Virus record (IMG/VR): IMGVR_UViG_3300028833_003520
Direction: 5' to 3' (one strand)
Length of the DNA stretch: 64,000 nt
Origin: a virus
Taxonomy: Duplodnaviria; Caudoviricetes
This document shows positions 49,466 through 56,602 of this stretch, in pieces (within the stretch, counting starts at the first letter, position 1; each line of letters starts with the position of its first letter). Position numbers and translations under genes: made by a program. Below the pieces are notes generated by a model. The model was not told the DNA's origin. It did not search any database and worked only from the letters and a program-made list of their open reading frames with translations.

Positions 49466-50266
49466 ATGACAAGTAATAACCGTCAATTAAAAGCAACACC
49501 TTCTGGTGGTGATATGAACAGCAAAGAACCTAATATGTTTACGTTCTATGTTGATAATTACGGTAGTTATCCTCAAAATAAGCCTGACAGTATCGCTCTG
49601 TATGGTAAAGAGAATATTCCGTTCTTGAAGGATAAGAGCATTGATGAAATCAAGAATGCTCATATGTACTGGGGCAGTGATGAGGCGAGAAGTAGGGAAC
49701 TTTTAGGTATGTATAACGGTGATACGATGGTACTTTTCGGTGATATTGAAAAGTTACCTACAGAGTATAAGCACGATGCCGAATTGATGACACCAAAGTA
49801 TGTTGCAGAGCGTGTACAGAAATCGAAGATGATGAATGTGTATGCTCCTGATGATTTATCGAAAAACTCTTTTTATCTTATTACTTTGGGTAGCAAGGAC
49901 GAAGATGGTGAGGTTTTCCCTGGCATTGAGAGATTTAATCCTGACTATGAGGGAGAGAGTGTTGATGATATTACAAATCATCTTTGTGAGTTCCTTTCAC
50001 AGACAGACAAGGCTTATGTAGATAATCAGAAGTGGGTTCACGAAGTTTACGAAGGAAAAGACCAAGTTTTCGGTAAGTATGTTAACGATATTAGTGATAA
50101 AACGATGAATAAAATCTATGAGGAAATCAAGGGCTATGGTAAGGCATCAGAGATACCTACCATTAAGTCACAGGTAGTAGATTTAAGAAAGAGTCAGAGG
50201 GCAAATCGTAGATTGCCTGATGTACCCGATGTGCAGAATGATAATGAAAAGCAATGTGGAGAGTGA
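49466..50266 (+). CDS. hypothetical protein with NRRLPDVP...QCGE tail
   Basis: GAGG RBS; 266 aa. Confidence 0.75.
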   Translation: MTSNNRQLKATPSGGDMNSKEPNMFTFYVDNYGSYPQNKPDSIALYGKENIPFLKDKSIDEIKNAHMYWGSDEARSRELLGMYNGDTMVLFGDIEKLPTEYKHDAELMTPKYVAERVQKSKMMNVYAPDDLSKNSFYLITLGSKDEDGEVFPGIERFNPDYEGESVDDITNHLCEFLSQTDKAYVDNQKWVHEVYEGKDQVFGKYVNDISDKTMNKIYEEIKGYGKASEIPTIKSQVVDLRKSQRANRRLPDVPDVQNDNEKQCGE

Positions 50267-50280
50267 AAGGAGATTAGCGT

Positions 50281-51510
50281 ATGCCTAATTACAAGAGAGG
50301 TCGTATGGGACCTGATAAGTATTTTGATTACTTAGTAGAGCAAGATGAACAGCGTGTTCGTAATGAGAAGGTCGATTCTATACGAGAGACTATCTTTGGA
50401 CCTGCATCATATCAGTCACAGGCAGACGAGGAAAGAACTCAGAGGCAAACAGAGTTTGCTAAACTTGTCCTTGACGGTAAGATGGACTATAGCAGAGCCA
50501 AAGCCAATTATGTTAATAAAAACACGGCTGTAGATTACGAGTGGTTAGCCACGAGAACTGATTCTCAATTGAACAAAGGATTGTTTCTTCGACAGAGATT
50601 TCAGCAGGATGCAAGCGAAGATGAATCCGCTTTGAAGAAGAATATTGAGAATATTAAGAATGAACCCTGTGTATATTTGAGTACGTGCCGTGAGTTACGT
50701 ATAGAGCCAACATCGAATCGTAGCGAAGTGCTTAAACATAAGAGCGATTATGTAGCGTCCTTTGATACGGATGAGGAAGACTTTTTGCGTAAAAAGGCGG
50801 CTGAGTTGGAGTCAAATCCTAATCAGTTGAAAGATTATCTGAGTGTGGCTGCACAGGAAGAGATAATGGATATGCGTGCCAGTGATGAGTGGGTGAAGGC
50901 AAATGGCGGCATACATTTGGATAATGCTAAAAAGTATGGCGAAGGCATTAGACATTTGGATGAGCCGATTCGTTATATGAGCAAATCGTCACAGCAGATG
51001 TTTTATCAGTCCATTATGGATTATATGAAGGAGTCTGCGTTGGGTCCTGATAAGAATCATCCGCTATTTGATAGACCACATAGTTTCACACCTGACCAAG
51101 AAGCAGAATTGCTTTGTAGGTCTAATAAGTGGTATGCGAAGGATTTTGATGCGGCGTATGATACGGCATTCCATAAAGACGGACCTTTGTTCCCGTATCA
51201 GTTTGTTAATCACAGTGGTATGAAACTTAATGAGCAGATGGTTCGTATTCCTGATGATAAGTTACCGAAGGAGCGTTCTTACTTTACAGGTAAATTTGCG
51301 TCTTTGGGATATATTAAACCGAATCCCGATACTGAGAGTGCAATGAAGAAGCAAGAAGGTAGTGCACGTAGGATGCCTGAAACTCTTGCAGATATTCAGC
51401 CGAACCCTGATAGCGTAACGAATAAGCAAGATGATAGTGCACGCAGGATGCCTAAAACTCTTGCAGATATTAAACCGAATCCGAATAACGGTATGCAGTT
51501 AGGAGAGTAA
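50281..51510 (+). CDS. hypothetical protein with duplicated SARRMP tail ending QLGE
   Basis: AAAGGAG RBS; 75-bp duplication in the 3' end. Confidence 0.75.
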   Translation: MPNYKRGRMGPDKYFDYLVEQDEQRVRNEKVDSIRETIFGPASYQSQADEERTQRQTEFAKLVLDGKMDYSRAKANYVNKNTAVDYEWLATRTDSQLNKGLFLRQRFQQDASEDESALKKNIENIKNEPCVYLSTCRELRIEPTSNRSEVLKHKSDYVASFDTDEEDFLRKKAAELESNPNQLKDYLSVAAQEEIMDMRASDEWVKANGGIHLDNAKKYGEGIRHLDEPIRYMSKSSQQMFYQSIMDYMKESALGPDKNHPLFDRPHSFTPDQEAELLCRSNKWYAKDFDAAYDTAFHKDGPLFPYQFVNHSGMKLNEQMVRIPDDKLPKERSYFTGKFASLGYIKPNPDTESAMKKQEGSARRMPETLADIQPNPDSVTNKQDDSARRMPKTLADIKPNPNNGMQLGE

Positions 51511-51514
51511 TGAT

Positions 51515-52189
51515 ATGGCTAATAAAAAAGCGAAGAAGAGTCTTGCCAAGACGAATACGAAGCCGTCTGTTAAGAAGTCAAATGGTGGTGAATCCAAGAC
51601 TGTAGCGAGTGAGCGAAAGGAAGAGATGAACCTCGATTTAGGTGTCTATGCTGATGGTACTCCGAAGGATGATAAGTTTGCAAAGGCAAAGCAGTTGAAG
51701 GACAAGGGTAATAAGGATGTTACTGATGGCGTTGTAAATCAAGCCAAGAATGCACCTGGACTTGCCATTGGTATTCTCACGACCGCAGGTACTTTAGGCG
51801 GTGGAGCCGTTGTTGGTGTACCGATGATAGTCGGTGCGGCACCTGGTATTATCAAAGGCAAGTATCAGGAAACGAAGGGCAAGATTGAGTTGGCTCAGAG
51901 TGGAATAGAAGCCAATAAGGTTATGAAAGATAATGATATGACGAAGGAAGAAAAGAAGGCGGCTCGTCGTGAGTTAGCCGAGTACAATAAGGATTCAGTC
52001 AAGCGTGCTATTAAGTCCAAGCCTGAGGAAGTTAAGAAGACTCTTGATGATACGAAGGATGCTTTAAGTCAGATTGCAGAGGAAACGAAGAAGTCTGATG
52101 TACACGCAAAGCGTGTAAAACAGGCTAATAGCAGATTGAGTATTCCTGAAACAAGTTCAGTAAACAAGGGTGTTGAACTTGGCGAATAA
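51515..52189 (+). CDS. Lys-rich protein with Gly-rich hydrophobic hairpin, tail KRVKQA...ELGE
   Basis: APGLAIGILTTAGTLGGGAVVGVPMIVGAAPG; architecture like 26186..26812. Confidence 0.75.
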   Translation: MANKKAKKSLAKTNTKPSVKKSNGGESKTVASERKEEMNLDLGVYADGTPKDDKFAKAKQLKDKGNKDVTDGVVNQAKNAPGLAIGILTTAGTLGGGAVVGVPMIVGAAPGIIKGKYQETKGKIELAQSGIEANKVMKDNDMTKEEKKAARRELAEYNKDSVKRAIKSKPEEVKKTLDDTKDALSQIAEETKKSDVHAKRVKQANSRLSIPETSSVNKGVELGE

Positions 52190-52329
52190 GCCGAGAATAT
52201 AAAGTACAGTGTTGGCGTAAATAGTCTGGGTGCATAGTCGCTCAGACTATTTATTTTGAAAAATGTTGACAAAACTATGGTTTTATCTATATAATTGATT
52301 TCAAGAATAGGGAAAGAGAGGTGATAGAA

Positions 52330-52710
52330 ATGGCAAGACCTAAAAAGGACGGACATTCAATCAATGTATATCTTGATGAAATGCAGTATAAGAATTTGGC
52401 TGCATTTGCTACTATGTCAGGTATGACAAAGACCTCTATTCTTGAAGAGGCTTTGAAGCGTTTTCTGGCTCCTTATTGTGAGGACGAGGAAATTAAAGCC
52501 GTACCTGCATTGCTTATCAAGGGCAATTCTGAACTTGATAAGAAGATGGCAGAAAACGAGGGTAGAGAGGTTACGATTACTGAGACTCCTTGTTTTGTAT
52601 TAAGTCAGGAAACGGTCTTTAATCAGCCTTATTATCGAATTTATGAACCGTCAATATCTCAGATGATGAAGGTTCCGATAGAACATATTAGGTTTCCTTC
52701 GAAATCTTGA
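52330..52710 (+). CDS. ribbon-helix-helix regulator with C-terminal domain
   Basis: MARPKKDGHSINVYLDEMQYKNLAAFATMSGMTKTSILEEALKRFL; own TTGACA/TATAAT promoter at 52265. Confidence 0.75.
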   Translation: MARPKKDGHSINVYLDEMQYKNLAAFATMSGMTKTSILEEALKRFLAPYCEDEEIKAVPALLIKGNSELDKKMAENEGREVTITETPCFVLSQETVFNQPYYRIYEPSISQMMKVPIEHIRFPSKS

Positions 52711-52716
52711 TTTACA

Positions 52717-52745
52717 TTGACAATCTCCATATATGGCGTTATACT
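52717..52745 (+). promoter_or_regulatory. CCATATATGG promoter (copy 7)
   Basis: TTGACA-atctCCATATATGGcgt-TATACT. Confidence 0.85.
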
Positions 52746-52787
52746 GTTTTTATAGTATGACGCCATATTTTTATTGAAAGGAAGTCA

Positions 52788-54140
52788 TTGAGTATGGAAG
52801 AAAAAGATATTAAAACTTTATCGTTAGACTATAATTTGTCGCTCGAAGAGCAGACAAAACAGATAAAGGATTATGCTAAAACGGTTAAGGATAGGTCTTT
52901 CCGAGTACAGTATAAAAACAACGAAGAATTCGTTGATTGTGTAAGCATTGTTGATTCGAATAGACGTGTTGATGCTTATGGTAAAGAGCATCCCCTTCCA
53001 CACGTAAAACCGTTTTCAGTTGTTGACGTTTGGTATGAGAATGATGTCAATGGTAGAGGAACAGAGTTACTTGAAGACCAAATGTCAATAGACGGCGTAG
53101 CAGAAGAATATAAGAACCAATCTGATTGGCAGAAGGATGTGTATATGTCAAAAGCAGTAAAGAGTAGCGATTCAGTTTTTGCATATACACAAGAGGATGT
53201 TAAGACTATTGAGCATTTAACTCCTGGTCAGATGAGTGATATGAATAGACGGATTAAACGCACTTTGTTTTTGAATGCTGATTCAAATCTTTCGCAGCAA
53301 TCAATGGCAATAAACAAGTTTGCAAAGAATGGTAATTTTGGCACGTTTTTCGTGGAATATGTTGATAAAGACGGTTTTTGTGTTGATTCAACGATGGCTG
53401 TGGATTTGAGAAAGAATCTGGAAGACGAACCTGATAGGTTTGACTTTTATGGTGATGACCGTCTTGCCAGAAACGTAAGCGTGAGTGAGTTCGTTGAACT
53501 TCGTGAGAAACAGCCGTTTTCACCTAATCACGAACTTACAATGACATCGTATAAAGGTTATGCTGATGAGAAGGCTTTTCAGGAGAATAAGGGTGTTGAT
53601 GTATGCTACCTTTATGATGAGAAAAGGAAGGCTAATAAGCCTGTTCTTTTTATCACTTCTGTAAAGGAACGTGACGGTTTTATTAAACCTCATTCGAACG
53701 GTGGTACAAAATTTGATGGCGAAGCCTATAAATCAAGGCTACCGTATCAGTATAAAGATTGGAAGGTTTTCTTCCACGAGTCTTATGATGATGTGACATC
53801 TGCTATGGCTGCTATGAAAGAGCGTATGGATTCGTTTAGTAAATATAGTCGTACACCTGATTGGAAACAGATGGTGGACTATTATGGTGTAAAATGTACA
53901 AGTGTAGTAGCAGATGTTTATGATAAGAGATTACCTAAGATGTTCAATGAAAATTGCATTGTGAATACAAATGTGGCTTCGAAGAAAGGCGGTATTCCAA
54001 CGACGAATGTTCAGCGTGGTAACGATGAACCAAGGAAGTCAGGAATGCCGACTACAAATGTTAATCCAGAGAAGCCAAAGCGTAGATTACCTTCTATGCC
54101 GACGACAAGTGCAGATAGTGAATGTCAGTTAGGAGAGTAA
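52788..54140 (+). CDS. hypothetical protein with internal duplication and KRRLPSMP...QLGE tail
   Basis: GAAAGGA RBS; LSLDYNLSLEEQ.. / LNADSNLSQQS.. repeat. Confidence 0.75.
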   Translation: MSMEEKDIKTLSLDYNLSLEEQTKQIKDYAKTVKDRSFRVQYKNNEEFVDCVSIVDSNRRVDAYGKEHPLPHVKPFSVVDVWYENDVNGRGTELLEDQMSIDGVAEEYKNQSDWQKDVYMSKAVKSSDSVFAYTQEDVKTIEHLTPGQMSDMNRRIKRTLFLNADSNLSQQSMAINKFAKNGNFGTFFVEYVDKDGFCVDSTMAVDLRKNLEDEPDRFDFYGDDRLARNVSVSEFVELREKQPFSPNHELTMTSYKGYADEKAFQENKGVDVCYLYDEKRKANKPVLFITSVKERDGFIKPHSNGGTKFDGEAYKSRLPYQYKDWKVFFHESYDDVTSAMAAMKERMDSFSKYSRTPDWKQMVDYYGVKCTSVVADVYDKRLPKMFNENCIVNTNVASKKGGIPTTNVQRGNDEPRKSGMPTTNVNPEKPKRRLPSMPTTSADSECQLGE

Positions 54141-54142
54141 GT

Positions 54143-55015
54143 ATGAGTGTTATTACAGTTCACGGTGTTAAAGGTACTGTTGGTGATAAACCGTTATTTG
54201 ATAAGTTAGTTGAAGATGGTGTTATTCACGAAGGAACTTTATGGTCACCGAAGCGTAAACAGGAAGTTCAGTTTAACAGTATTCTTGATTATCAGAAGTG
54301 CACGGATGCAGTCAAGGCTATGATTGCTGAACGCTGTGCGAATGATGTGCTAAAGTTTCGTAAGAATAATGAAGGCAGAGTTACTGAAGCAGATATCGAA
54401 GAGTATGCGAAGCATTCGAGTGTTGAGCAGTTCAATATGCCTGTTAGCAAGGGTAATGATGGTTCTGTGGTATGGTCTTTGAATTATTGTTATGATGACA
54501 CACCTTTAACGGCAATAAGTACACTTTATCCTGATACACGGTTTGAGTATTATGCAAGCACTGAAGGACATTTAGACACATCTTGTTATGTAAAGAACGA
54601 TAAGTTGTGTAATAAAGATGGTAAGTATTTTGACAAGTATATGCTTGTCAATAAGAGTGCTATCCGAAAAGTGCGAGATAGTGATTCTATGCAAGTTAAT
54701 ATATGGGTGGATTCAAAGGACAAACAGTCTGCAAAATTCTATGTTAAGGAAGATGCAGTTGAGGTGTCTGATTTGACTGGAACTCATAGTTGGCAAGCAG
54801 ATAAGCGTAAGATATTTATCGAAGATAAGAGTAAACCGATTACGCTGTATCGAACACTGGAGAATGGTGAGCGTTCTAAGGAAGAGTGGATGCTTGACGA
54901 TTTAGTCAAAGCAGTCGATGACTGTAAGAACGATTATCGGAAGCGTAAAGCAGAAGAGAAGGCAAATCAGATAACTGGTCCACAGACTGATAATCAGCAG
55001 CAGATTGGAGAGTGA
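54143..55015 (+). CDS. hypothetical protein, tail RKRKAEEKA...QIGE
   Basis: RBS supplied by the upstream GGAGAG (Gly-Glu) codons. Confidence 0.75.
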   Translation: MSVITVHGVKGTVGDKPLFDKLVEDGVIHEGTLWSPKRKQEVQFNSILDYQKCTDAVKAMIAERCANDVLKFRKNNEGRVTEADIEEYAKHSSVEQFNMPVSKGNDGSVVWSLNYCYDDTPLTAISTLYPDTRFEYYASTEGHLDTSCYVKNDKLCNKDGKYFDKYMLVNKSAIRKVRDSDSMQVNIWVDSKDKQSAKFYVKEDAVEVSDLTGTHSWQADKRKIFIEDKSKPITLYRTLENGERSKEEWMLDDLVKAVDDCKNDYRKRKAEEKANQITGPQTDNQQQIGE

Positions 55016-55019
55016 CAGT

Positions 55020-55331
55020 ATGAGTGGTTTTATTTTAACAACGAAGTCAGGTAGTATTTACACCTTTGAGAAGAACAAGGATAATCCGTATCACACAATG
55101 TCGAGTGAAAAATTCGGTAAGAAAGAAGTGAGTGTTGATAGTGCAGTTATGTGTGGTGCTCCTTTTCAGTTTACTTGCACCGATAATGAGATGAATGGCG
55201 ATTTGAGAGGTAAGCCGATTAGAACATCTGTTGTTGAAAAGATTAGATGTTTTGATGACCAACCGAGAAGACTTCCTGATGTGCCTATACAGCAGACTGG
55301 ATATTCGGCACAGCAGGGTTATGGTGAGTAA
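55020..55331 (+). CDS. small protein with PRRLPDVP...GYGE tail
   Basis: Last gene of the + strand block. Confidence 0.7.
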   Translation: MSGFILTTKSGSIYTFEKNKDNPYHTMSSEKFGKKEVSVDSAVMCGAPFQFTCTDNEMNGDLRGKPIRTSVVEKIRCFDDQPRRLPDVPIQQTGYSAQQGYGE

Positions 55332-55373
55332 AAAAAAAAAGAGAGGCAACTCGATTGAGTTGTCTCTCTTTTT
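55330..55373. terminator. bidirectional terminator at the convergence of the two transcription blocks
   Basis: A11-GAGAGGCAACTC-gatt-GAGTTGTCTCTC-T5. Confidence 0.85.
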
Positions 55374-55375
55374 GC

Positions 55376-55555
55376 TTAACGTCTTTCCTTTAAGAAAGTC
55401 TTGCTATCCATTCCGTTCATATCGGCGGCACGTTTGATAATCTTTTTCTTATCACCGTGAACGCCAGGAATGGGAGTCTGCTTGGGGTCCGAGGCACTGC
55501 AGATGCCGTATTCTTTTGAACCCTTAATTTTTACGATATCGTAAGTTAATGCCAT
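55376..55555 (-). CDS. small protein (59 aa, not in ORF track)
   Basis: MALTYDIVKIKGSKEYGICSASDPKQTPIPGVHGDKKKIIKRAADMNGMDSKTFLKERR; AGAAAGGA upstream. Confidence 0.55.
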   Translation of the reverse strand: MALTYDIVKIKGSKEYGICSASDPKQTPIPGVHGDKKKIIKRAADMNGMDSKTFLKERR

Positions 55556-55610
55556 TCACATATGTTTTCCTTTCTTTAGATTTGATGAAAGACGTATTCA
55601 TTACATCAAG

Positions 55611-55700
55611 ACTACTGATTTAAGGAAGTTGCCTCTCGCTCTGGACAGCGTTCATAACTCAATATTAGGGCAACCTATCTTCCAGCCTTAAATCAGCACT
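55611..55700 (-). ncRNA. small structured RNA element with possible pseudoknot in the 5' leader
   Basis: CTGATTTAAGG/CCTTAAATCAG outer stem, GTTGCC/GGCAAC inner stem, CGCT/AGCG hairpin whose loop can pair with CTGGA. Confidence 0.45.
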
Positions 55701-55717
55701 ATTCATATAATGAGGCT

Positions 55718-55756
55718 AAAAAAATAGACCATACGGTTTTCCGTATAGTCTATTTT
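55718..55756 (-). terminator. intrinsic terminator of the large ncRNA
   Basis: AAAATAGACTATACGG-AAAA-CCGTATGGTCTATTTTTTT on the minus strand. Confidence 0.8.
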
Positions 55757-55777
55757 AGGGTAGAAGGGTTGGAATCG

Positions 55778-56464
55778 TCAATTAACATTACAGTATATTA
55801 TATCTGGCTTTTTATCACCTACACCATCTGCACTACTGTTTATCACGCTAATAGGAACACAAGTCTGAGCATAGGCAGGCAACTCCTATACTTCTTGCGT
55901 TGAGCCGAGGCTCCATAGCCTATGAGGGATTGATACCCCCAGCCGTCACCCACTTGGACGAATCCAAGCAAAACCATTCAGAAGAAGTAGGGATATTTCA
56001 TATTCCTAAAAAATCGTCATCTTCTTCCGCCTTGGGCTACAGACAAGTGTGGCTTGCGTTATAGTCACCATTACAGTGACATCACGGCGAATCATCTTGG
56101 GGTGCATTCCCAACAGAGCATCCTCATTTGCGGTGAGGTGGGTAGTAATTAGACGAGTCTAATACTACGCTTATTGGGTTATTCTCCCACAGGGAGCGTC
56201 TATTGCGATGACCACAAGCCCACTTACGCTAACATCATACAGGTGTGTGCTATGTCCCGTGAAACGAATATTGTTATACCGCTTGAACGATGGTCACCCA
56301 AGAATCGACAGTTCCAAATGGAAACCCAAATGGAAGAGCGACGTTCAAATTGCCCACAAGAGAAGTATCCTTCTCTATCAGGCTTTTTCGGTGGGACGTA
56401 CCTCAGCAGGGTGGTTAACCCTTCGTGCACTGAGTTACATATAACACACTGTAATGTCAATTCA
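55778..56464 (-). ncRNA. large (~690 nt) structured ncRNA, ROOL-like candidate
   Basis: 5' and 3' ends form a ~24-bp helix whose three mismatches are G-U only on the minus strand; many internal hairpins; raised GC; no credible ORF; own terminator. The family name is a guess from size and context. Confidence 0.7.
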
Positions 56465-56602
56465 CAACAAAAGTTTTATGAAAAACCGAGTAGGTTTTGA
56501 ATTTAAGGGGACAAAAAGAGGGAGATTTCTCTCCCTCTTAATGCTCCGAAGTTTTCACAGAATGTTTGGAACAATATGTATCAACTGTTCTGTGAACTTC
56601 AC

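Noticed and set aside
17096-54140. Many short antisense or alternate-frame ORFs inside long genes
   Set aside because: Shadow ORFs of strongly biased coding sequence; no independent RBS or motifs.
55778-56464. tmRNA, RNase P or group II intron
   Set aside because: I could not find tRNA-like ends, the RNase P GAGGAAAGUCC signature or a group II domain V, and no gene is interrupted; not excluded without cmscan.
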